DNA of 48,870 nt, taken from assembly GCA_029856045.1 (NCBI GenBank), contig JAHQWG010000015.1:1-48870 (forward strand), in the 5' to 3' direction. The translations under genes and the position numbers were made by a program. Each line of letters opens with the position of its first letter. Within the stretch, counting starts at the first letter, position 1. The notes below the pieces were generated by a model. That model made no database searches. It was not told the DNA's origin and saw only the letters and a list, made by a program, of their open reading frames with translations. The DNA is from Promethearchaeia archaeon. GTDB taxonomy: Archaea; Asgardarchaeota; Lokiarchaeia; Sigyniarchaeales; SOKP01. Positions 19,615 to 28,839 of the stretch are shown here, in pieces.

Positions 19615-19719
19615 ATGGACGTTTTAAAATTTTCAGAAGATTTAGTGAATAGTGAGATAAAATTAGCTTTAAGCCAGATTTCCAGCTCAAATATCGAAGT
19701 TGTTTCAACGAGAAAATAA
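19615..19719 (+). pseudogene. 34-codon ORF, possibly the truncated N-terminus of a larger gene
   Basis: ATG..TAA reading MDVLKFSEDLVNSEIKLALSQISSSNIEVVSTRK, ending 1 bp from the convergent methyltransferase. Confidence 0.3.
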
Positions 19720-19720
19720 G

Positions 19721-20425
19721 CTATTTTTTATTATTAAGTTTATTATGAATTGAAAAATCCATAAAACTAGGAGTTAATTGCCATTTATCTCTTAAATTCG
19801 ACTTATCAAGCATCTCTTTGACTTCTTTCGGTGTATATCCCGCCATTATTGAAGTTTTCCAGCCAATTCTCATGAATTTTGGACCAAAATATTTAAATAT
19901 GTGAAATATGAGTTTTCCCCTCCAATCTAAGTCTCGTCTTCCATCGCTAACACAAAAAATCCCATCTTTTTTTAAAACTCTATAAATTTCGTTAAAAACT
20001 TGTATAGAATCTTCCCAGTGATGAAGATTTCCGTTAGATATTACGACATCGAATGAATTGTCTGAAAATTGCTTCATATCTTTGCCATTCCCTAATACAA
20101 ATGAGACACGATCTTGAACTCCTTCCGATTCTTTATTTTTATTTGCAACCCGAATCATATCTTCAGAAATTTCTAATCCAATAATTTTTAGTGAAATATT
20201 TGTTTTTGCCATCCAAATTCCTATCCAACCCGGTCCAGGACCAATCTCCAATACTTTTGAATTATCATTAACTCCCAGATCATTAACTACAAATTTTATA
20301 AATCGATTGTATTCACCCTTAAGCATTTTTCTCGCCGTTTTGCTATAATCTTCCATAGTAAAATCAAGATCATCTAATATTGCCTCTCCTTCGGGGATTC
20401 TGGGTTTAACTTTCTTTTTTTTCAA
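19721..20425 (-). CDS. Class I SAM-dependent methyltransferase (UbiE-like)
   Basis: VLEIGPGPG, SFDVVIS, LHHW, RVLK.DG; start moved to TTG 20425 behind AGGAGG. Confidence 0.9.
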   Translation of the reverse strand: MKKKKVKPRIPEGEAILDDLDFTMEDYSKTARKMLKGEYNRFIKFVVNDLGVNDNSKVLEIGPGPGWIGIWMAKTNISLKIIGLEISEDMIRVANKNKESEGVQDRVSFVLGNGKDMKQFSDNSFDVVISNGNLHHWEDSIQVFNEIYRVLKKDGIFCVSDGRRDLDWRGKLIFHIFKYFGPKFMRIGWKTSIMAGYTPKEVKEMLDKSNLRDKWQLTPSFMDFSIHNKLNNKK

Positions 20426-20453
20426 AAAATGCTCTCGCCTCCTAAAAAATAGG

Positions 20454-21263
20454 TTATAATTTGAATCTAATTGGGTGTCGCAAGATTTTTGCTGCAATCC
20501 ATTTTAACATAATAAATGGTAACATTTTCCATAGTTTTTCTACTACAGGTTGAAGAATTATACCTGAAGGCAACATTATCATAGATTCCTCCAATCCAGG
20601 CATGACTTTATATGGGGGGATTAAGATTTCAGCACCTGCTTCTTGTAGCTGCTTGGTGGCCTTTTTATGATCCGAACAAGATAAAGTAATGCGATGCCAA
20701 CCATGTAGACTCTGATTCGGATCTATTTTTAATAAATCTTCTGTAGATATGATAGATCTTTCAATTAATGGGTGAAATTCTATTCCTACACTCGAAAGAG
20801 ATAGAATTAAATTTTGGTCTGAACCCGTATTTTTTTTGCAAAATCCGCATTGATTCTGGAGAATATTAATATCATTCTCTATTGTGTTTGAGTATACTTG
20901 AATTTCGGCAATCCGTGCTTTTAATCCTGACTTAATTATAATAGTCAAATTAGGTTCCAACTGAAACTCTCCTGGTTCTTTATTTGGGATTTCTAGCATT
21001 ATTCTGTCAATATAACCAATATTTTTGGGACGAGTTCCGCTAGCAAATCCTAGTAATTCAAGCGAAAAATTGCCGCATTCTATTAAAGCAACAGGTACAG
21101 TCCTTTCCCTCGATATGAGCTCAAATCTAAGGAATGGTTTTAAACCAGTTAAATCATATAATTTAGTTAATACCGTATCCAAATCGGATACATTTCCTAC
21201 AATTCCATCTATTTGATACTTAATTATAGAATCTGTAATTTCCTTCTTAGCTTTGTTTTTCAT
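20454..21263 (-). CDS. VOC/glyoxalase-like fold protein
   Basis: IDGIVGNVSDLD..., LELL, HRITLSCSD...LQEAGAEIL, PSGIILQ; ATG 21263. Confidence 0.6.
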   Translation of the reverse strand: MKNKAKKEITDSIIKYQIDGIVGNVSDLDTVLTKLYDLTGLKPFLRFELISRERTVPVALIECGNFSLELLGFASGTRPKNIGYIDRIMLEIPNKEPGEFQLEPNLTIIIKSGLKARIAEIQVYSNTIENDINILQNQCGFCKKNTGSDQNLILSLSSVGIEFHPLIERSIISTEDLLKIDPNQSLHGWHRITLSCSDHKKATKQLQEAGAEILIPPYKVMPGLEESMIMLPSGIILQPVVEKLWKMLPFIMLKWIAAKILRHPIRFKL

Positions 21264-21317
21264 TTTTTTAATCTTCAATTAATAAAAAATTTATTTTATT
21301 TATAAATCTTTGTCAGA

Positions 21318-21337
21318 TTGTCATAAATTTGTGACAA
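21318..21337. promoter_or_regulatory. Palindromic operator between divergent promoters
   Basis: TTGTCA-T-AAATTT-G-TGACAA (one mismatch) between TATA-like TTTATAAA (~21299) and CTTAAATA (21341). Confidence 0.6.
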
Positions 21338-21395
21338 AAACTTAAATATTATTTTAATTTAATAATTATTTGGAATTAATTCATTTTGAAATGAA

Positions 21396-22271
21396 ATGAG
21401 TGAAAATAAATTCGAAGAATATTTTAAAGAATTACTTAGTTTTGGATTAAATTCTGATGAAGCAAGAGTATATCTAGCTCTATTAAAAAAGGGTAAAAAT
21501 GGAGATATAATTGGGAATCTTTTTAACGAACTTGAGATAAAAAGGCCAACAATATACAAAATAATATATCAATTAATTGAAAAAAGATGGGTTTCAAAAG
21601 GTGGATTTTCAAATACGCCTAAAAGGGCACAAATTTTCGTTGCAAGACCACCACTCAGAATATTAAACGAACTTATCGAAAAAAGTGAAAAAAAGTTAAA
21701 TAACTTAAAGGAACAGTGCCTTTTCATTGGAGACAATCTTGAAAAAATTTATTTAAAGCATAGAAAATTAACAATTTACGATATTTATCCTAGTACAGTA
21801 AAATACTTAAAACCTCTTTTTAAAAAAAAATGGATAGTGCTTTCAGAAGTAATCGAACAATCAAAAGTGTTAGGACGCAAGGTATTCGATTATGAATTTA
21901 AGAGCTATAAAAGTGATCGTAAAGATGCGGGGCTTATTATTTTTGATTATGATCGAAATATTGAAAATGATAAGAAATTAACAAAATCAGCATTGAATAT
22001 GTTTAAAAATAAAATGAAATATGATATTAAAAGCGGTCATAATTCAATCGTCGAGGATCTGAAAATTGTTGATGAAAAAATTCAAGGTTATTTAGGAGGA
22101 AACACCTTTTTAAAGTTTAAAGAAGGTTCACCACCTGTAAAATTTATGGGTACAGATTGGGTACATGCTGGGAAGTATGTTGTGATTCCTATAAAATATA
22201 AGATATTCTTAATTTGGGCTGAATTAAAAAACTTTAGCTTTTTAATGGAGTCGGTTTTGAGTGTTAAATAA
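21396..22271 (+). CDS. TrmB-family wHTH transcriptional regulator
   Basis: FGLNSDEARVYLALL..., IKRPTIY..IYQLIEKRWV, FVARPP. Confidence 0.8.
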   Translation: MSENKFEEYFKELLSFGLNSDEARVYLALLKKGKNGDIIGNLFNELEIKRPTIYKIIYQLIEKRWVSKGGFSNTPKRAQIFVARPPLRILNELIEKSEKKLNNLKEQCLFIGDNLEKIYLKHRKLTIYDIYPSTVKYLKPLFKKKWIVLSEVIEQSKVLGRKVFDYEFKSYKSDRKDAGLIIFDYDRNIENDKKLTKSALNMFKNKMKYDIKSGHNSIVEDLKIVDEKIQGYLGGNTFLKFKEGSPPVKFMGTDWVHAGKYVVIPIKYKIFLIWAELKNFSFLMESVLSVK

Positions 22272-22310
22272 TATAAAAAAAAGATTAATTTATTTAAATT
22301 AAATTAATAA

Positions 22311-22526
22311 TTATTTATTTGAAAATCCTAAAATAGTATCACAATGCGGGCAGGTAAACATTTTTATTAGGTAAATTCTATTATTTTTGAATTGTTTTTC
22401 CGTCAATCCTGGAGAAAATTCTTCTCCGGAGAAATCATATGATGGATATTTGAATGTACCAGTTTCAATATTCTGAAAAAAATCTTTAAGATGAACTTCT
22501 TTCTTGCAATATGGACATTTTCCCAT
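22311..22526 (-). CDS. Small zinc-ribbon protein
   Basis: CPYC...FTCPHCDTILG. Confidence 0.75.
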   Translation of the reverse strand: MGKCPYCKKEVHLKDFFQNIETGTFKYPSYDFSGEEFSPGLTEKQFKNNRIYLIKMFTCPHCDTILGFSNK

Positions 22527-22696
22527 GGATTTTTCACTTTATTTTTCATTTTTTATTGGAATTAATATGATATCTATAAAAAATTGAGTATTTATATCCA
22601 TCTGGGTTATTTTTAGTCATTTGTAGAAAAAGATAATATATGAAAATATTTTTTTTAAAAGGTTATACCCACTTTTTTTATAAAAAAATTGATATA

Positions 22697-23260
22697 TTAC
22701 TCAGTCTTCTTTTTTAATCTACTTATTAGCATCAATAATAATGCTATTACCAAGAAGATTATTCCTACAAATAAGAAACCGAACTTAATCACAGCAGATA
22801 AAGATGCAACAAATGGAATAAATGGTTGAATAAGGGAAGAATTTCCTAGCATTATAAGCAAATGAATATTTTCAATTACGTCAAAAACACCTGCTATTAA
22901 CGGAGTTAAAGACATAAAAAGACCAATTTCTTGCAATTTTCCTTCTGCCCAACGAATAGGAATTAGAACCAATCCAAAACCGAAAATAGAATAACCAAGA
23001 AGATATAAAAAATCAATATATGTTGCGAATATTTCTTTCGCTATACCCTCTGAACCCCACGCTGCAAATATGTTATTTATTACTTCTGGAACCCAAGCAA
23101 ACTCAAATTCCAATACCCCATAACCAGTACTAGATTTTAATTCGCTTTCAATAGGACCCATAACTATTACTTGAATTAGCAGAAATGATAAGAAGGCAAT
23201 TATGGTAATTAAAATCAAAATCTTATTTTTCGGGAATTCCTTTAATTTTTCTAAAAACAT
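22697..23260 (-). CDS. Hypothetical 4-TM membrane protein
   Basis: Hydrophobic helices; LEFEFA, IDFLY, AGVFDVIEN motifs. Confidence 0.8.
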   Translation of the reverse strand: MFLEKLKEFPKNKILILITIIAFLSFLLIQVIVMGPIESELKSSTGYGVLEFEFAWVPEVINNIFAAWGSEGIAKEIFATYIDFLYLLGYSIFGFGLVLIPIRWAEGKLQEIGLFMSLTPLIAGVFDVIENIHLLIMLGNSSLIQPFIPFVASLSAVIKFGFLFVGIIFLVIALLLMLISRLKKKTE

Positions 23261-23340
23261 TTTGGTTGACCTTCATTTAAATTTATTATACTAAAATATA
23301 ATATGTGTTATTTATACTTTTATTTAATTGGAAATAATAT

Positions 23341-23532
23341 ATTAGTGATAAATTTAAAGAGCGTGGGATTATTGGTATGGCAACCGGTATATCAAAAAAT
23401 ATGAAATATAACACATTTGGATTGGCTTGGGAGCAAGTAAAAATATTTACTGATGCATTTTTGGATATTGCAAAAAAATATAATTTGATAGAGATAAAAT
23501 TGGAAGAAAAAATAGTTCAAATAAGTTATTAA
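23341..23532 (+). pseudogene. Open frame not in the ORF track (51 aa from ATG 23377), possible gene remnant
   Basis: ISDKFKERGIIGMATGISKNMKYNTFGLAWEQVKIFTDAFLDIAKKYNLIEIKLEEKIVQISY*, ends 23 bp before the DUF2283-like gene. Confidence 0.4.
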
Positions 23533-23555
23533 GCAAAATTAAGGATGTATATAAT

Positions 23556-23822
23556 ATGGAGCCACTAATTATTAATCCAAATGAAATTTTGCATGTTATT
23601 GAAGAAAAGTTTGGAATTAAATTTCAAGATTCAATTTTAGATTTTCAATATGAACCAGTCTCACATTTATTTGGTATTCGGTTCTTTCAAGCTAAAAATG
23701 TAATTAGTGATTCAATTGATGAAGAGGGGCAGATAATTTTCAATCGGGATGAGAAATCAGAAAAAATCGCGAGTCTTGAGATTTTAGATTTAATTTATTT
23801 CTTATCTGAAATTTCTGTTTAA
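23556..23822 (+). CDS. DUF2283-like protein
   Basis: YEPVSHLFGIRF...SDSIDEEGQIIFNRD...IASLEILD resembles the DUF2283 pattern. Confidence 0.6.
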   Translation: MEPLIINPNEILHVIEEKFGIKFQDSILDFQYEPVSHLFGIRFFQAKNVISDSIDEEGQIIFNRDEKSEKIASLEILDLIYFLSEISV

Positions 23823-23938
23823 CTTTTAAAACTGACAAAATTATAATAATTATTAGAGAGATAAACTTCGCCTAACTAATTGTAAGAATTAAAAAAAACC
23901 TATTTATTTCATTTAGAAAAGAGTTTTTTTATTTTGAG

Positions 23939-25744
23939 TCATTTAACTTCTATATTTTTCTTTAGAAATTTAATAAATAAAATTAAAATCCCTAATATTC
24001 CAAAACCAATTAGAAACTCAGGAAAATAACCAAATATATAATTTCCAACACAAGAATTATCATAAATAATAGTATCCACTCCCAAGTCACTGATACATCC
24101 ACCAAGATTATAATAAAGAAAATTCTGGTAGATTTCATTATCATTTGAATCACAAATACACAACATTCCAGGGATATCTTCCAATCGGATTCCATACATA
24201 TTATTATATGAAGCATTATTGCTAAAAATTATATTATAATCCGATCCTTCTAGTTGAATGCCATTAGCATTATTAAATGATGCATTATTTGCAAAAAGCT
24301 CACTAAAATCCGCAGACCAGAGTAAAATCCCATATTCATTATTCATTGCTATGTTATTAGAAAGATTATTATAATATGAATTCTGCAATAAAATACCTGT
24401 AAAATTGTTATATAAGGCTTGATTTTCAGAAAGAACATTATATGAACCCTGCAACATAATACCACACTCATCATTAAATGAAATTTGGTTTTTAACAAGT
24501 ATATTATTATTTGAAATGTCAATATTGATACCGTTTTGATTATTAGATGCTTCATTATTCAAAAGAGAATTATTATTTGAACAACGTAAGAGAATACCAT
24601 AGTGGCTATTATATGAACAACTATTATTTACAATAGTATTGTTATAGCAATCGGAGAGTAAAATAGCTGTTGCTGTGATAGAAATATCCGAATTTGAGAT
24701 TAGTGAATTATTGCAATTAACCAATATGAGTTGCCCAACATTTGAAATTCCATTAATTTCCAATCCAATCTGATTCTCATGATATATTATTGATTTTCCA
24801 TTTACTAAATTTGTTGAATCAATCAAATTATTAAAAGATTTATATATATCTATCCAATCTTCTACCAATACATTGTAAGATAGAATATTGTTATTTGCAT
24901 AGTAAGATAAAGAAATTCCAGAATATCCATTATATGAGATGGTATTTTGGGAAATATTATTATTAGTTCCATATATTTTAATTCCAGAGATGTTATTAAA
25001 AGAAACCAAATTATTAATAACGGTGTTATTTGAATTCCAAATATTAATACCATAAGCGTTATTTAAAATAAAGTTATTAGAAAGGAAATTATTTGAACCA
25101 GAAACACTAATCCCCCATAGAAAGTTATAAGATGCAAAATTGCCAGTAAGGTTATTATAACTTGAATGCCCTAGGTAAATTCCATCATGTTCTAAATTAT
25201 GGGAAGCGTCGTTTCTTAAAAGAGAATTATTATTCGAATAAAATAAGCGAATACCATTATTATTATCTATTACCTTATTATCCGACAGAACAATATTATG
25301 TGATTTATGTAAAAAAATTCCATAGTCATTATTTTCCACTTTACAGTGATTGATATTTACATTCGTGCAATTATATAGCTTAATTCCCGTACTCCATAAT
25401 CCCGATCTGGAATTTTTAGTAATGCAATTTTTTATAATTAAAAATCTATCAGTATTTAAAACTTCAATACAAGTCTCAATCCCTCCTTTATCAATAATAT
25501 ACCCTTCAATTATATGGGCGGTAGACCATGAAAGACCATCTGTACCAGTTCCCGTACAAAAAGCATCTAATGCAGTATTTCCATCAATATAAATAGGTGT
25601 TCGTATTTCTGCTTTTGATAAATTAAATAATTTATCGCTGAATATTTCATTATTAATTTGATCTTCCCTTTTAATTGTAGGATGAAATACCAAATTAATT
25701 ACTAAAAACAATAAAAAAACAATAAAATATGATTTTTTCAACAT
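23939..25744 (-). CDS. Cell-surface NosD/CASH parallel beta-helix protein with C-terminal sorting/anchor segment
   Basis: Signal peptide from ATG 25744; many GIxLxxSxNNxxxxN repeats in two blocks; C-terminal IFGYFPEF-TM-KFLKK. Confidence 0.88.
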   Translation of the reverse strand: MLKKSYFIVFLLFLVINLVFHPTIKREDQINNEIFSDKLFNLSKAEIRTPIYIDGNTALDAFCTGTGTDGLSWSTAHIIEGYIIDKGGIETCIEVLNTDRFLIIKNCITKNSRSGLWSTGIKLYNCTNVNINHCKVENNDYGIFLHKSHNIVLSDNKVIDNNNGIRLFYSNNNSLLRNDASHNLEHDGIYLGHSSYNNLTGNFASYNFLWGISVSGSNNFLSNNFILNNAYGINIWNSNNTVINNLVSFNNISGIKIYGTNNNISQNTISYNGYSGISLSYYANNNILSYNVLVEDWIDIYKSFNNLIDSTNLVNGKSIIYHENQIGLEINGISNVGQLILVNCNNSLISNSDISITATAILLSDCYNNTIVNNSCSYNSHYGILLRCSNNNSLLNNEASNNQNGINIDISNNNILVKNQISFNDECGIMLQGSYNVLSENQALYNNFTGILLQNSYYNNLSNNIAMNNEYGILLWSADFSELFANNASFNNANGIQLEGSDYNIIFSNNASYNNMYGIRLEDIPGMLCICDSNDNEIYQNFLYYNLGGCISDLGVDTIIYDNSCVGNYIFGYFPEFLIGFGILGILILFIKFLKKNIEVK

Positions 25745-25928
25745 TTGCCCCTCCAATTCTTTCCATCATATATATTCTTTTTTATCCTAAAAACCTTTTG
25801 CAACTCAATATTCAACTAATTTTTAAAATCAAAATAATTGCTAAAATTACTCCCAATTACATATGAAATTGAATTATTGTCTGAGTTTTCTTAAAAGGAA
25901 AAAAGAAATTTTTGTAATTTACTCTATT

Positions 25929-27416
25929 TTATTGCCAATTATCTTTCCTAATCAGATAATTTAAAAGAATAACTGAAACCAAACAGAGAGTATTAATTGC
26001 AATCCATAAACTATAATATAAATCGGCAGGTAAATACCAGAGAGGTTGAGTCAAATTAGTAAACTTATGGGGTTCATTGGTTTTAACATAATTAACCCCC
26101 AAACACCAAAGCTGGGAATAGCGTTCTATGAAGTCAACAGTATATGTAACCACTGAAATATTTGCTTCCGAATACTCTCTAAATTTTGAATTACTCAAAC
26201 TATAATGTGTGTTAATTTGATCATAATCAGAAGCTAAGAATTCCTCTATAGAACAAGCGCTCCTCATTTTTGTTATGTTAGGAGCTTTATCTTCAATCAC
26301 ATCAAATAATTCATCATCGGTGGGTATCCAAATCTTATCTTCAATACCTGCCCCTACAATTAAGTCTATACAAATATTGTAAAATTGCTGACGGTATGGA
26401 TGACCCTCTGGAGGTCTTCTAAGGTCAAAATCAAATAATAGATTATTATCTCTAGTAAAATTTAAAGCTTCTTCGAATGTTGGAATTTTAATCCCGCGAT
26501 ACTCTTCCGCTTGAGTAGGAGTGATGAGACCCTTAGCTATAGCATAATATGGATCATTATCAACAAACCATGAACCTGCATCAAGTTGTTTAATCTCGGA
26601 TAAAGTAAAATTGCTCGCCCTTAAATCAGTACGATCAGGAAAAATCGCTTCAACATTAGTTGTTCGCTTGAGTGTAGAATCATGAATTAAAAAGGGAATT
26701 CCGTCGTAGCTGATTCGAACATCTGATTCCCATCCAACACATCCATAATTAACAGCTAATGTTGCAGCTTTAATTGTATTTTCCGGGGCAAGATGAGACG
26801 CCCCTCGATGAGCAACAATACCAGGTTTTGGAGGTAAAGGACCTTCAATAACATTTGCAGGCACATATAAAAAAGGCAGACTAAAGATAAATCCATAAGC
26901 CGTGATAAAACAAATTAAAATCAAAATGGATTTGGGTCGTTTTATTGATTTCTTTATTATTGTAATAATTGGGTCTAGAATAATTATTATGCCAATGGCA
27001 ACTCCAATGAAAATTAATATATTTATAGTCTCAAAAAGATAAGATACTATTGCAGCTTCCTCGCCGAATAGGTCTAGCATTATAAATAAAAGTGCACTAA
27101 AAAAAACAATAAGAATTATAGCAAGGATTTTATGTACTATATGAGGATCAATTCGATTAATTGTAAAGATATTTTTAAGGTTGAGTATTAATAAAACTGA
27201 AGAATATGCTAGTGGAATTCCAATGATGATTAAAAAGATTAGAACATAATTTGCTTTAGATCCTATGAGATCTCCAAGATATTCATTGAAATCTGCCCAA
27301 AGCGGTTCTATTGACAAAAGGATCATTTCAAAAATGAATAAACTAACAAAAGCTATTATGAAAACTAGAAGCCATTTTTTTCCTTGTTTTCTATAAAATG
27401 ATTCAAACCAATACAT
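25929..27416 (-). CDS. Six-TM glycerophosphodiester phosphodiesterase, GDE2/GDE3/GDE6-like
   Basis: 5 TM + AHRG..APENT, WESD, LIHD.TL.RTT, LDAGSWF, YTVD, GV..VKTN + 1 C-terminal TM. Confidence 0.9.
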   Translation of the reverse strand: MYWFESFYRKQGKKWLLVFIIAFVSLFIFEMILLSIEPLWADFNEYLGDLIGSKANYVLIFLIIIGIPLAYSSVLLILNLKNIFTINRIDPHIVHKILAIILIVFFSALLFIMLDLFGEEAAIVSYLFETINILIFIGVAIGIIIILDPIITIIKKSIKRPKSILILICFITAYGFIFSLPFLYVPANVIEGPLPPKPGIVAHRGASHLAPENTIKAATLAVNYGCVGWESDVRISYDGIPFLIHDSTLKRTTNVEAIFPDRTDLRASNFTLSEIKQLDAGSWFVDNDPYYAIAKGLITPTQAEEYRGIKIPTFEEALNFTRDNNLLFDFDLRRPPEGHPYRQQFYNICIDLIVGAGIEDKIWIPTDDELFDVIEDKAPNITKMRSACSIEEFLASDYDQINTHYSLSNSKFREYSEANISVVTYTVDFIERYSQLWCLGVNYVKTNEPHKFTNLTQPLWYLPADLYYSLWIAINTLCLVSVILLNYLIRKDNWQ

Positions 27417-27533
27417 AATACTTAAATATTCAGATCAATAATTAATAAAAATTTAGTTGTGAGTAAATAAAATTAAATTAAAAAAATTCAGATCACCCGG
27501 AAAAGATAAGAAAATTTTAATATTCAAAAAAAA

Positions 27534-28835
27534 TTAATTTTGAGGTTTAATTTTCCCTTTCAGTATTGGATCATTTGTCTTTCTCATCCAATCAAATAAT
27601 TTTTGTTTTAATTCAACTGCCACATTCTTGTAATCTGAATTATTAATTAAATTATTCCGTTCATTGGGATCTTTTTCAAGATCATAAAGTTCTTCTTTAC
27701 TTCTCGGTTTATTATATTTATTTTTCATATATCTTCCCGAAAGATCTCTCATTAAATCCATAGGCATTTGATATAAAGTGTCTAATTTTTCAAAATTATA
27801 GATATATTTGTATTTATTTGTTCTTATACTTCTAATAGGATCATATATTTCATGATAGGTTTTTTCCGTAAAAATTTCTTCTCGAAAGGATTGATTATTA
27901 TTTTTAAGAACAGGGAGGAAGCTTTTTCCTTCTATATCTTTTGGTATATCTGCTCCAATAATGTTTAAAAGAGTAGGAAGTAAATCGATATTACTTATCA
28001 TTTTATTTACAACATTCCCTCCTTTAAATAGATTTAAATTTGGCCAAGACATCAATAATAGTGTTTTAATTCCAGGATCGTATAATGTACATTTAGCTCT
28101 TGGAAAAGCACTCCCATGATCAGTAGTATAGATAAATAAAGTATTTTGTATTAATCCATTTTCTTCTAAACTCTTTAAAATTTTCCCAATCAAATTATCT
28201 ACCGCATGAATTGCTCCATAAAATTGTCCAAGATCTTCTCTAATCATTGGATGGTCAGGTAAGAAAGGAGGGATCTTAACTTTCTCTGGTTCAACTGGAT
28301 CCCCCCAAACAATAAAAGGTCTATGTACTTCAATCATTCCAATATTTACATAAAAAGGTAAATTATCGTCTTTATGTTCTTGGAAAAATTTTAAAATCTT
28401 ATTTTCCATGTATTTCTTACAATATTTATATTCTCTTGTTCTTTTACTCACTGTATCATATCCTAAGGATGAGATATTATTACTTTCATGTTGAAAACCA
28501 AGTAAATGCGTTGAATAACCATTCTCTTTCAAATACATTGGTAAAGTTTTATTGATACTAGGCAGTGTCCAACCTCTATCCACAAGTCCCATAAGCCCAT
28601 TTTGGTGAGGATATTTAGAAGTTTGAATACTTCCACGACTTGGAGAGCACTGGGGGGCAGTACAGAAATAATTTGTAAATTTTACTCCATTGGAAGCGAT
28701 TCTATCTATGTTTGGGGTATTAAGCGAATTAGGTGTTTGTGGACTATTATAACAACCGAGGAATTGTCCTTGATCATGTGTTATAAATAAAACAATATTA
28801 GGTTTCTGCCCATCTATTTTATTTGTCTTTGACAT
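27534..28835 (-). CDS. Cys-type sulfatase (sulfamidase/SGSH-like)
   Basis: CSPSR formylglycine motif, TTDHG, PRAKCTLYDPG, ELYDL..DP.E. Confidence 0.92.
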   Translation of the reverse strand: MSKTNKIDGQKPNIVLFITHDQGQFLGCYNSPQTPNSLNTPNIDRIASNGVKFTNYFCTAPQCSPSRGSIQTSKYPHQNGLMGLVDRGWTLPSINKTLPMYLKENGYSTHLLGFQHESNNISSLGYDTVSKRTREYKYCKKYMENKILKFFQEHKDDNLPFYVNIGMIEVHRPFIVWGDPVEPEKVKIPPFLPDHPMIREDLGQFYGAIHAVDNLIGKILKSLEENGLIQNTLFIYTTDHGSAFPRAKCTLYDPGIKTLLLMSWPNLNLFKGGNVVNKMISNIDLLPTLLNIIGADIPKDIEGKSFLPVLKNNNQSFREEIFTEKTYHEIYDPIRSIRTNKYKYIYNFEKLDTLYQMPMDLMRDLSGRYMKNKYNKPRSKEELYDLEKDPNERNNLINNSDYKNVAVELKQKLFDWMRKTNDPILKGKIKPQN

Positions 28836-28839
28836 GTTA

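Noticed and set aside
23939-25756. Repetitive ATTATT-rich DNA as CRISPR array or satellite
   Set aside because: Explained by Asn-rich beta-helix coding repeats; no identical repeat-spacer structure
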